Assembly (NCBI RefSeq): GCF_001194135.2 | Contig: NC_068981.1 | Span: forward strand, 23,395,023 to 23,459,022 | Source: Octopus bimaculoides | Lineage: Eukaryota | Reading direction: 5' to 3' | DNA: 64,000 bases | Shown here: in pieces, positions 24,900-36,185 of the stretch | How the letters are laid out: each line of letters begins with the position of its first letter | Numbering within the stretch: position 1 is the stretch's first letter | Made by a program: the position numbers and the translations under genes | The notes under the pieces: generated by a model | The model's database searches: none | Seen by the model: the letters and a program-made list of their open reading frames with translations, nothing else | Told to the model about the DNA's origin: nothing

Positions 24900-25135
24900 C
24901 TTGCATATCCGATCATAATCTTGTAGCTTCAAACACTTGATCGACGGTATGTTGTACTCTTGGGCAAAACACTCATTCACTTGACTCCGCTCCACCCAAC
25001 CGTTAACGAGTTCCTGCACTAGCTGGGAAATCAAGCTTGCGACGGAACGGACTCAATGTCTTGTTCAGGTCGGGAGTGTTGTGTTAGTCACTTACACGCC
25101 ATGGAAACCCTAAGAGTTCCCATGGGCTCAAGACC
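24900..25135 (+). mobile_element. Degenerate SINE with CORE-like box
   Basis: tgttgtactcttgggcaaaacactcattcact..ctccacccaac..; 3' ccatggaaaccc..cccatgggctc resembles the SINE C tail. Confidence 0.5.
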
Positions 25136-25474
25136 GACATAACACATGCTTGTGAAATGCTCAGTTACCTAAACGTGAGTTCAAAGAGCAGGTGCCTTCT
25201 TTGATTGTTGTATCGTCGAACTACAAAGATCCATCATGCTTGAATGGAAGTTATTCGAGATTTCCATCAAATTTCATGTTCTTTAAACTATGATTAGCAG
25301 ATTTTCTTTATCAACATTTGTGTTTACTCTTTTGGCAGCGTTGGTTCCTTGATTTTTATCCCTGTACGTATTTTATTTTCATTTTTCTTTTTGTTTCCAT
25401 TGAAATTCTCACTGACCTTAGCTGTGCCTGTGTTTTGTATTCTTAGCATATTTTTTCTCTCCTTATACAAGCGT

Positions 25475-25720
25475 GACCTAATGGCTAGGATGTTGTACTC
25501 ATGATCGTAAGAACGGGCGGTGCATTCTTAAAAAAAATAAACAACATCATTTCACGCTCCTCAATTTCACTCGGCTGTAAATGAGTTCCAGAAACGGCTG
25601 GAAAATTAACCCTGTGCCGGACTGGCTTCCAGTTCTGGAGGGAGGTTTATGACACGAAAACCGGGTGAGTATCCGGCCTTATGAATCCTAGGGCTCATGA
25701 CAAACCCATGCCCTAATTCC
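25475..25720 (+). mobile_element. Degenerate tRNA-derived SINE
   Basis: gtgacctaatggctagga..; catttcacgctcctcaatttcactcggctgtaaatgag; ccggactggcttcc; aaaaccggg..ccggccttatga. Confidence 0.5.
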
Positions 25721-26023
25721 TATGGGGTTGTTGACCTGAGTTAGCTGTGTATTTGACTTTATAAAAGTACTTGTAACGTAATCATCATCTTTGGCATTTC
25801 TGAGGTTTTTAGTGATTTTCTTCATGCCATTCAATAGCTCTACTGCCGGTTTGACCAAAGTATACAGGCAAATAAATGCTTTTCTATTTTTTCTTTTGTG
25901 TCTGTGTTAATCACCTTTGGATTCTGAAGCTCTACAAGATATCTCCAAGATATCTTCAAACAATATGGTCGTTAGCAGATAGAACTACATTAATCCGTGC
26001 CTGCAGAAGGAAAAGAAAAAAAT

Positions 26024-26116
26024 CTAATCTTCTTTACGTTCTAGTATTTCTTCTAAATTTACTACACACGCAAGAACACAAAATAATTCAAAGGATGGTT
26101 GTTGAAAAGAATGTTT
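26024..26116 (-). CDS. Candidate terminal coding exon (KHSFQQPSFELFCVLACVVNLEEILERKED*), product unknown
   Basis: Long polypyrimidine acceptor ttttttatttattttctttatcggtttcag on the minus strand, then one open frame of 30 codons to TAG; no homology recognised. Confidence 0.2.
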   Translation of the reverse strand, partial: KHSFQQPSFELFCVLACVVNLEEILERKED

Positions 26117-26853
26117 CTGAAACCGATAAAGAAAATAAATAAAAAAAATATATATGTTATTACGAGTTCATAGAATCCAGGTACACTATTTATAATAGCA
26201 GCTCTATTCAAAGTGATATCATGCAAATGTAGTTACTATTGCGACGAACGTAAATGCATCTTGTAATATGCTTTGCAAATTCTGTTATTCCCACCCTCAT
26301 ACACACCTCTTTACAACTTACATGGATTTAAAACACTGAGTTAGAATCTAAAACGAATTTAAGTGTTTATCGTGATATTAAAAGTGTAGGCTTTCCTGAA
26401 GAATCTTTGGCAATAACGAAAAGTTATTAAATACACAACCAGCATGTATGTAACACTTAAACAGTCAAACGTAAAATTTATTATTTAAAAGTGAAATAAA
26501 AATATACACTTGCATTCACTCATAGGCACATACGTAGACACATGCACACAGACCAACACTTACTTACACATACATACATAAACACGCATATCATGTTTGC
26601 TAAAATTTACTGATCAAAATTGACACAGAAAATACCCGAGGTGTGGTGTTGTTCCTGGAGAAGAACACATGGTAATAAATATTTCAGCTTTTATTTTATA
26701 TCTAGTTCTACAATTGGCCCATGAGTCCTCTATATTTTGGATGGCAGGATGCGATTTGAGGAAAATTAGCAGTTATTTTAGGCATGGCAAGAAAGAAAAG
26801 CGTAGGAAAGTCTGGTAGTTGTCTTGGAGTTGAAATATACATATATATATATA

Positions 26854-26899
<46 letters not shown>

Positions 26900-26918
26900 G
26901 ACAGATAGATATATACAA

Positions 26919-26955
<37 letters not shown>

Positions 26956-27100
26956 AATGTATATATATATATATATATATATATTCATGCATAAATACTT
27001 ACATACATGCATACATGTAAACACATAAACATACGTATATACATGTATGTACATACACATATCTCCGCACATATATATGTTCATACATATATATGAGTGA

Positions 27101-27134
<34 letters not shown>

Positions 27135-28125
27135 ATGTAAGTGTGTATGCATGTGTGCATGTGAACTTATCTCACCGCGTTCAAATTTATTCACATTCAT
27201 TTTTACTTCTTTACGAAGCCGGAGATTATTTTCTTGTACATCGATAAAATGCTCGGATCTTAATCGAATCTAGATATAATGCTTTGAAAACGTGAGTAAA
27301 ATTTTCTGATAATGCATTTCTGTAGATGCAATTTTAGTTAAATGGATATTTTATATGTTCTGTTAAATTTACTTTTCCAAACTGAATTGAATATTTTTTT
27401 TAATAGAGACCTAAAAAAGCAAGTCTTAAGCACTTGGTTCTGAATTGAATCCATCCACCCATATATGCTTCCATACAAATATATGGATATCCGTAAGTTT
27501 TGATGGTGAACATTTCCAAATATTCAGTAAACGGAAGGATCTATCCATTGAGTGATTATTCTAAGGATACGAGAACGTCATCTTTCTCAGGATGAATCGA
27601 TGTGGAATGGTGTTTGACAAAGATTAGCCTATTGAAATTTTTCCAGCGTTCACCACTTCACCTCGTCATGGCTTAACACCGTTTGGCCCTCGCCGTTTCT
27701 TCTTAATGTTTTGTCCTTACTGTCCTGTTTTTGTTACCACTTTATCCCTCCGCAAAAAAATCCCAAATTTTATTTAATTTGCTTTGCGGGGAGGATTGTT
27801 TTAACAAAGTTTTAACGTCTTGTCCCTACCTTCGAAACGCGGAGTAGATAAAACAGGGGACAACTGATGAAGGGAATGTTATTTATGTTGCTTGTCTCGT
27901 TTCTCTATTTGTTTCTTTCGTTGTTCGGGAAAAAGTTCGTTTTCTATGTCTTTGTTTTTATGTTCTCGTTTCTCATTTTTACGTCCTGTACCCCATATAT
28001 GCCTGTATATATACACATATATGTAGGTATGTACATATATGTATGTATATATGCATATATTTATATATTATTTATATTATCATATGATCGAACGCTACGC
28101 AACCATTTCCAAGTAAGTTTAATCA

Positions 28126-28170
<45 letters not shown>

Positions 28171-28179
28171 CCCAGCTGC

Positions 28180-28775
28180 CTGGACTTCTGCTCCCAACTA
28201 TGGTCACCCGTCAGTGTAAAATTAACAGCGGACCTTGAAGCAATCCAGCAAAGCTACACATAGATGATCGCCTCATTGCAAAATCTCAGCTGCTGGGAAA
28301 GGCTGAAACAGCTAAGACTCTAAACCCTGGAGTGAAGGCGAGAGAGATATGCAATAATATACATCTCGAAGATCCTTGAAGGGATTGTACCTAATTGTGG
28401 TATTCAACGCTACACAAATGCCAGAACGGGTCGCCATTGCACAGTGCCAAAGATTCCAACACTGCCGTTGCATTTCAGGGTCAGTTACTGCAGCAGGCTG
28501 GGTTTCAAGGTCCCACAGCTTTTTAATATTCTCCTAAAGAACTTGAAGAACCGATACAAAGTGCATGTAAGTGTTTTTGAAACAAAACTGGATCTCTTCC
28601 TGTCGAGAGTTCCAGATGAACCTAACTCGTGGCAGAAGGCGCAAATGAGAGCAACGGCATCAAACTCCATTATTCACCAAGTGCTACATATTAGAGGAGG
28701 ATCTCAATAATAACAGTGTAGCAAAAAGGCTGTGCCCCAGCATGGCCGCAGCTTTGAGCTGAAACTGATAAAAGA
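28180..28775 (+). mobile_element. CR1/L2-type LINE, 3' end, with 3'UTR
   Basis: SQLWSP, LEAIQ, WERLKQLRL, RRERYAIIY..KILEGIVPN, GPQLFNIL-like KVPQLFNILL, FETKLDLFLSRVPDEP; 3' tail gtgccccagcatggccgcagctttgagctgaaac. Confidence 0.88.
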
Positions 28776-28844
28776 TATATGTATGTATAGCGGTTGTTTT
28801 AACTGGAATTTTGTTGAATTACCTATTGGAGCACTCAGAATGCC

Positions 28845-28945
28845 TACAAGAAGAGACTTGTCCAAAGTGCCACGCAGTGGAACTGAACCCTGAACCATGT
28901 GGTTGTTAAGCAAGCTTCTTACCGCACAGGTATGCCTGCGCCTAT
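28845..28945 (-). mobile_element. SINE B head
   Basis: aagagacttgtccaaagtgccacgcagtggaactgaaccctgaaccatgtggttg. Confidence 0.75.
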
Positions 28946-28946
28946 G

Positions 28947-29028
<82 letters not shown>

Positions 29029-29771
29029 NNNNNNNNNNNNNNNNNNNNNNNNNNNNNNNNNNNNNNNNNNNNNNNNNNNNNNNNNNNNNNNNNNNNNNNN
29101 NNNNNNNNNNNNNNNNNNNNNNNNNNNNNNNNNNNNNNNNNNNNNNNNNNNNNNNNNNNNNNNNNNNNNNNNNNNNNNNNNNNNNNNNNNNNNNNNNNNN
29201 NNNNNNNNNNNNNNNNNNNNNNNNNNNNNNNNNNNNNNNNNNNNNNNNNNNNNNNNNNNNNNNNNNNNNNNNNNNNNNNNNNNNNNNNNNNNNNNNNNNN
29301 NNNNNNNNNNNNNNNNNNNNNNNNNNNNNNNNNNNNNNNNNNNNNNNNNNNNNNNNNNNNNNNNNNNNNNNNNNNNNNNNNNNNNNNNNNNNNNNNNNNN
29401 NNNNNNNNNNNNNNNNNNNNNNNNNNNNNNNNNNNNNNNNNNNNNNNNNNNNNNNNNNNNNNNNNNNNNNNNNNNNNNNNNNNNNNNNNNNNNNNNNNNN
29501 NNNNNNNNNNNNNNNNNNNNNNNNNNNNNNNNNNNNNNNNNNNNNNNNNNNNNNNNNNNNNNNNNNNNNNNNNNNNNNNNNNNNNNNNNNNNNNNNATGC
29601 GGACATTTATTGTGGTTTTAGAGTCAGGTTTTGACTGCTATTTTTTCAGCGTGGTGGTATCTCTTGATACCCTGTATTATAATTTTAAATAATTATTACC
29701 TTTGATGGTTTTTATTCCCATGCTGACCACTTGATAAGATCAATATTTTAAATATCGATCTTATCCTTATT

Positions 29772-29828
<57 letters not shown>

Positions 29829-29879
29829 ACGCACGCACACACACACACACACACACATGTATATACATGCATATGTATA

Positions 29880-30025
29880 TGTGCGTGTGTCATTGTGTTT
29901 GTTTGACCCCCTCTCTTGCGAGAGGTTTGTTTACGACCACGTGTATAGCAGTTCGTCGCAGAAGACCGATAGAATACGTACTAGACTTAAAAAGAAAAAT
30001 AAGTTTTGGGGTCGATTTATTCAGC
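29880..30025 (+). mobile_element. SINE B 3' half, degenerate
   Basis: gaagaccgatagaatacgtactagac..ggggtcgatttattc. Confidence 0.65.
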
Positions 30026-30241
30026 CAAACTAGGCTCAATATCATTTCACAACCTCTTCCAACTATTTTCCCAAGCTGTAACCATCAATTCCTTCCAAAC
30101 AACTAAAACATTAGAAAGTGCAGACATATTTTAGATTCTTAGATTTTGAAATGCTTTGACATCCCTTGTTATGATCTCTCTACTACAACTTTTATCCTTC
30201 AACACAGCCGTTATTTATTTCAAACAAACCTTATACAGCCT

Positions 30242-30428
30242 GTGGAGGCGCAATGGCCCAATGGTTAGGGCAGCGGACTCGCGCTCAGAGGATCGCGGTT
30301 TCGATTCCCAGACCGGGCGTTGTGAGTGTTTATTGAGCGAAAGCACCTAAGCACCACGAGGCTTAGAAACAGGGAAACCGGACCCATGAGCCTGGCTAGG
30401 CTTTGAAAGGGCGACGTTTATCGTATCG
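30242..30428 (+). mobile_element. SINE C, internally deleted, with 11-bp TSD
   Basis: tRNA-like head ggaggcgcaatggcccaatggttagggcagcggactcgc..gtttcgattccc; TSD ttatacagcct at 30231-30241 and 30429-30439. Confidence 0.9.
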
Positions 30429-30580
30429 TTATACAGCCTCTTGCAAGCAAGGATTATTCCCTATTCGACTGGCTCATTCCCTAAAGATGTACTGAAGGCA
30501 AAATCTTTCCATCTCTATTAACTTCTCAGTATTTGGATGAGCCGTGGTATTGTCAAGAATTAGCAACGCTGTTACATTAA

Positions 30581-30793
30581 CCCATTAGCGCCCATAGTCC
30601 TTTTTTTAGGACCAGAAGGATAATCCATCATATTTCTGAAACACCTGTATTTTTCTGAGATATCTTTAGTTTGTCATCAAGACTGGAGTGTCTTTCAAAT
30701 ATTGTAATAATTTTTTTTATATATATAGCATGAGATAAAGTTGTATAAAAAAGATTTTTGTTAGTAAATTAAAAAAAATTGGGCGCTAATGGG
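30581..30793. mobile_element. piggyBac-type MITE
   Basis: TTAA (30577-80) + CCCATTAGCGCCCA ... TGGGCGCTAATGGG + TTAT; 14-bp TIRs starting CCC. Confidence 0.85.
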
Positions 30794-31824
30794 TTATGAG
30801 GGGTTATCATCAGGACAAATTTTTCAATCGCTTCAGTGTTTCCTCTGATTATTATTTGTTTATTATTTCTTTTTCTTACTTCTATTTACCGTTTCATTTC
30901 CCCCTCTCTTCATCATATTGCTCTGCGAAACAGTTTTAGTTTTCCTCTCTCTTTCTCGCTCCCTTTCTTTCTCAAAAGAGAGAAAAAAAAAATGTCGTTA
31001 AATCGAGGACCGATAAAACAAGCGGTTATTTTATTGTATTAGGAATCAAATCAGCGAGTAATAAGCGGAGTGAATTAAAATTTTAAATCTTATATGGCGG
31101 TGATGTAAAAGGAATGTTTAAAGAAGCTGTCAATTTTTTTTTATATTGAATATATATGAATATTTAGAGATAGCTTCATTGTAAATATGTAATAAAAATG
31201 TCGTTGAATATTATTAAATAACAACATGTAATTATTTTTTGCAACATTTAAATTAAAGGCAAATTGACACCGGTTGTTTAATACTGTATTTATAGGGGGT
31301 AAAATACAAACAAATAAAATTATAAGAACATTGCACCAAAAATGTGTAATTAAATATGAGTGTTCGGAATTAACGATCGTGTGAGAACTGATATAGAAGA
31401 ACTCAAGAGAAAGAAAATATTGCTTATCTAATGCAGTTTTTGGAATATCACATAAACGGATTATTAATTTATATGATAGTATAAATTTCAAGTAATAAGT
31501 TAAAGAAGCGTTATCAAATTGGTGAGTTAAAATACAGAAAACAATATTTCATGTTTATATAACATCTAATTAGTTCCAAAATGTTCGTCATTGCATTACG
31601 AGTATCACTGGGTGCAATCTAATCATGTGATGATGTTTTCAAAACGTATGACCTTATGTGCATATGATGAGAAGTCAGTTGGGTGGATATTTGATCTAGT
31701 TGTAAGTAGAACTTGGTTTTAGTTCAGAGATACATTGAATGAATGAATAAAGGGAAATATAGTTTACAACAGAAATGTATTAAAACACAAGCGCAGATGC
31801 AGTTACATTAGTTGCGATTTATAC

Positions 31825-31852
<28 letters not shown>

Positions 31853-31856
<4 letters not shown>

Positions 31857-32011
31857 CATGCTCAGAAAATTGCACTACTGGGCACTGCACATATCCTAAG
31901 CAAAACACTTTCAATAACCATAAGAGCATCACAGCAAACCACAGCACATACCCAAGGCACACAGAGCTGCGCTCGGTAGTGAAGTAAAAGCACGTTATAA
32001 AAATAAAACTA

Positions 32012-32060
<49 letters not shown>
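31853..32060 (+). mobile_element. R4/Dong-type LINE extreme 3' end, flanked by (TAA)n
   Basis: QKIALLGTAHILSKTLSI, 3'UTR shared with 34480-34590, (TAA)n on both sides. Confidence 0.85.
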
Positions 32061-32064
<4 letters not shown>

Positions 32065-32069
32065 TAATT

Positions 32070-32570
32070 GCCCTGATGCTGTACCAGGCAGTGGCTCTCA
32101 TGGCTTCTGATCTTAATTGATTGGAAGTGTTATCATGTACATTGATTTGTCTTGGTATAAAAGATGGGCTACAGCAAATATTCTGCTCAATACCAGAGAT
32201 TTGCTTGTCAGTTGTTTGACTTTAACCAGTTGAGCATGTCCCTTGGTGGCTGACCATAAGTGCATCTCTAATCACGAGCTGAAGTAGTGGGGGAGCATCA
32301 TAGCCATGTGTTGAGAGGAATTCTTTGGGGTTTGAATAATTCTCCTTTGGAAACATGGGTGCTTTGTTCATCATTCTTAAGAAACCCTTATTCAGGAACC
32401 TTTTGAGCAGGATGGGTTACGCGACCTAAAGAAAATTCTAACTGAGATCCATCTGCAAGGTCATGCGCTCTTTATCTTGATATGAGATCACTATGTCGTG
32501 CACATATGGTTGTGATGCATGTGCCTGGTGAACCCTTATCAGACAAGTAGTCATGATGGGTATCGGCTCA
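32070..32570 (+). mobile_element. ~530-bp non-coding TAA-associated repeat (probable long LINE 3'UTR or non-autonomous derivative), copy 1
   Basis: Homologous to 48362-48900 (-) and 35950-36137 (+). Confidence 0.8.
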
Positions 32571-33560
32571 TAACATGTCTTTCTACCACGTATAAAATTT
32601 TAGCGTCCACCCTCGTAGAGAAAACATACAAATTTATGGAGCGGAACGATATTTTCCCCACTGAACAAAAGGGTGCCAACAAGGCTCATATGGATTCAAA
32701 GACCAACTCGTAATCAATCGCATGATCCTTGAGAATTGTCATAACAAACGAAGAAATCTCAGTTCTGCATGGATTGATTATAAAAAGGTGTTCAATGGCA
32801 TATAGCATTCATGCATCTTGAAATCGCTGGATATCTTCAAAATTTCTCCTGTGATTTCAAACTTCCTGAAACGCAACATGTTAATGTGGAATACGAATCT
32901 TCAGCTATACCACTCTAATGGAGTACTGACCACAAAAATTATTAATATCAACTGCTGCGGTATTTTCCAAGATGATTCACTTTCACCTTTAATTTTCTTA
33001 TTTCTTTATTGCCCACTAGGGGCTAAACATAGAGGGGACAAACAAGGACAGACAAAGGAATTAAATTGATTACATCGACCCCAGTGCGTAACTGATACTT
33101 AATTTATCGACCCCGAAAGGATGAAAGACAAAGTCGACCTCGGCGGAATTTGAACTCAGAACGTAACGCAGACGAAATACCGCTAAATATTTCGCCTGGC
33201 GTGCTAACGTTTCTGCCAGCTCGCCGCCTTAATTTTCTGCATAGTCCTACAAGTTAACTTAACAGAACAGGGTATGGATATAAAATTGGCGACGAGAAAA
33301 TAAGTCATCTATTTTACATGGATGACTTAAAACTCTATGGCAAAGACGATAACGATATTGAAGGACTCCTACGTACTGTGAAAGTATTCTGTGAAAGTAT
33401 TCTGTGAAAGTGATGCCATTGGGATGGAATTTGGTCTTCATAGATGTGCCAAGGCCACTTTCCAGAAAAGGAAACTGAAGACCTCACATTCAGTGGAGTT
33501 GGATGTTAACACAATCGTAAGAGAACTCGAGCAGGAACAAACTTACAAATACCTCGGAAT
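32571..33560 (+). mobile_element. R4/Dong-type LINE RT fragment, interrupted by SINE A
   Basis: RLITCLSTTYKIL, EQKG, AWIDYKK, GIFQDDSLSPL, HLFYMDDLKLYGK, GMEFGLHRCAK, YKYLGI. Confidence 0.92.
32999..33228 (-). mobile_element. Full-length SINE A (alternative-tail variant) with 10-bp TSD
   Basis: Head GGCGGCGAGCTGGCAGAAACGTTAGC..GTTCAAATTCC; TSD ttaattttct at 32989-32998 and 33229-33238. Confidence 0.92.
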
Positions 33561-33593
<33 letters not shown>

Positions 33594-33619
33594 AATAATA
33601 ATGATAATAATAATAATGG

Positions 33620-34600
33620 TAATAATAAACAAAAGCTGTAAAACAAATGAAATCCAAACCAAAACTGGAGTATCAACGGATCATGATAAAACGATGGCAA
33701 GAAAAGCCCCTTCATGGCAAATGTTGGGATAAAATAGACAGAAAGGATATAGGCAAAGCAAAATTCCAATAATGGCTGAGAAGCTCAGGACTCAAAGCAG
33801 AGACTGAAGGATTTTTAATCGCAGCACAAAACCAAAGCCTCCCCACCAGAAATTACCAAAAGCATATAATGAAAAGAGACATAGCAAGTAACTGCAGTAT
33901 ATGTGGAGATGGAGAAGAAACAATAAATCATATTGTCTCTGGCTGCCCAGCTCTGGCTGCCCAGCTCTGGCTGCCCAGCTCTGGCTAAGAAGTAATATAT
34001 TCACAGACGCAACAGAGTATGGATCTACATACTCTGGAAGCTATGCCAACACTATGGGATATCAACAGAAAAAAAGATGGTATATGCACACCCAAGAAAA
34101 AGTCCCAGAAAATAAGAAGGCAACCATACTCTGGGATCTGCCAATACACACAGGTAGAGAAATCAAGGCTAATAAGCCGGGTATAGTTGCCAGAGGTCAT
34201 CAACAAAAACAATGCTTTCTAATTGATGTATCAATACCAACAGATGACAACGGTTCTCTAAAAGAAACGGAGAAACTTTCAAAATACAAAGATTTGGAAA
34301 TAGAATTAACACGAATGTGGAGCTTAAAAAAAAAAAATTTCTATTATAGTAGGCACATTAGTTATGATTAAAGAAGAAATTCAGACTATTACATAACAAA
34401 AACTCCAGAACTTACAAGCATATATAGCATACAGAAAAAAACTACAAGGTATTGCACACATCCTACGTAACACACTTTCAATACAGTGAAAATACGAACA
34501 CCACAACAAACCACAGCACATACACAAAGAACACAGAGCTGCACTCGGTAGTGCAGTGAAAGCACGTAATGAAAATAAGACTACTAAATAATAATAATAA
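33620..34600 (+). mobile_element. R4/Dong-type LINE, zinc knuckle + RLE + 3'UTR
   Basis: WLRSSGLKAETEGFLIAAQNQSL, CSICGDGEETINHIVSGC, TILWD..IKANKPGIV..CFLIDVSIP, KYKDLEIE; (TAA)n tail. Confidence 0.9.
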
Positions 34601-34920
34601 ATATGAAGATCTGAGAATTGAGATTGCCAAGATGTGGTGGCTACGAGAGTCGAACATAAAGGTCGTCCCTGTTGTCATCAGTGCATTGGATTCAATATCA
34701 CCTAACCTGAAGAAATATGTGGAAACTTTAGAAATACTCTACAATCTATTTGTATTGCAAAAATCGGTATTACTTGGAACTGCACGCATATTGCGTAAAA
34801 TACTGTTTGTCTCAAGTCCTTGTGATTTGACAGCCAGTACAAGCCCCTGATAGACACAATATCTTCAATCAACATCACAATATTGGATAACGTGCGGCAA
34901 CTTAAATACTACCGCTACTG

Positions 34921-34992
<72 letters not shown>

Positions 34993-35010
34993 ATAATAAT
35001 AATAATAATA
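34600..35010 (+). mobile_element. R4/Dong-type LINE 3' end (second subfamily) with (TAC)n(TAA)n tail
   Basis: KYEDLRIEIAKMW..VVPVVISAL..LQKSVLLGTARILRKIL. Confidence 0.88.
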
Positions 35011-35011
35011 A

Positions 35012-35373
35012 CATAGCATGCCCAGCCTACAACAAGGTATGTGATAAGGAAGAAAGAAATGTCGACGGATATGACAGGTTAGCTTGGGAAGTTAAGCAAT
35101 TGTGGTCGATGAAAATGGTCGCAGCAGTACCAATAATTGTCGGAGCCCTGGGAACAGTGAGCAAAAATCTCGAGAAGTACGTGGAACAAATAGGGGCTGC
35201 AATAAGGGTGGAGCACTTGCAGAAGACAGCACTGCTTGGGACCGCTCGAATACTCTGGAAGGTGCTCGAAAAATAAAAGGTGTTACCTTAGTTCACTGGT
35301 AGTGAACAGCTGACACCGTAGTACATCTCTAGCGTTAGAAGCTGTGCAAAGGCAACAAAAACAACAACAACAA

Positions 35374-35423
<50 letters not shown>

Positions 35424-35470
35424 ATAATAATAATAATAATAATAATAATATTAATAACAACAACAATAAT
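35012..35470 (+). mobile_element. R4/Dong-type LINE 3' end (third subfamily) with (AAC)(TAC)(TAA) tail
   Basis: WEVKQLW..VPIIVGALGTVSKNLEKY..LQKTALLGTARILWKVLEK*. Confidence 0.88.
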
Positions 35471-35474
35471 AATG

Positions 35475-35948
35475 AGATGAGACCAGGGTGGAAGAGGCTT
35501 AATAGCAGTAGAAGAATATGTACAGCTGGAAACAAAAACCCTAGTAAAGGATTTACAGAGCAGCGCAGAAAGCGTGTTATAGAAGAAAAGGGCAAGAATG
35601 AAATACAAAGAGAGCACGTGAGACAGATTGAAGAGAAACCTCTGCATGACCATCTTTGGAGACCCACTGAAGACGTATGTGGAACAAAATCTTAGGCTTG
35701 GTTCAAAAGGGGCAATTAAAAAAAAAACAGGAACAGAGAGCATAATTGTAGTAGCCCGAGGTTAAACAATAAAAACAAGCAGCTTGAGAAAAGATATATA
35801 TATATGGAGAGAATGTGTCAGAAAAATGTAGAGTCTGTGGCACTGGAATGAGACAGTAGCACACATTGTGGAAGAATGCCTTAAGTTGGCACAGAAAGAA
35901 TATAAGGAATGGAAGCACAACCAGATTGTAAAAGTTTTACACTGGAAA
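35475..35948 (+). mobile_element. R4/Dong-type LINE internal fragment (thumb + CCHC)
   Basis: EEKPLH, KCRVCG..ETVAHIVEECLKLAQKEYK..HNQIVKVLHWK. Confidence 0.8.
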
Positions 35949-35949
35949 A

Positions 35950-36137
35950 TTCTATCTGGGCTCCCACCTGCAAAGTCATGTGCTATTTATCTTGATATGA
36001 GATCACCATGTAGCGCACATATGGCTGTGATGCATGTGCCTGGTGTACCCTTATCGGACGGGTAGTCATGTTGTGTTTTGGGACTTCGTATACTTTAACC
36101 CAGTGTCACTTTGAAGACATGCACTGCTCTCTCACTC

Positions 36138-36172
<35 letters not shown>

Positions 36173-36185
36173 TAATAATAATAAC
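35950..36185 (+). mobile_element. ~530-bp non-coding repeat, 3' part with (TAA)n tail, copy 2
   Basis: ccacctgcaaagtcatg..gatatgagatcaccatg..gcactgctctctcactcaataataat. Confidence 0.8.

Noticed and set aside
30244-30315. tRNA-Arg-like sequence (also 4130-4198 minus)
   Set aside because: No acceptor-stem pairing, continues into a SINE body and is bounded by a TSD; it is a SINE head, not a tRNA gene.
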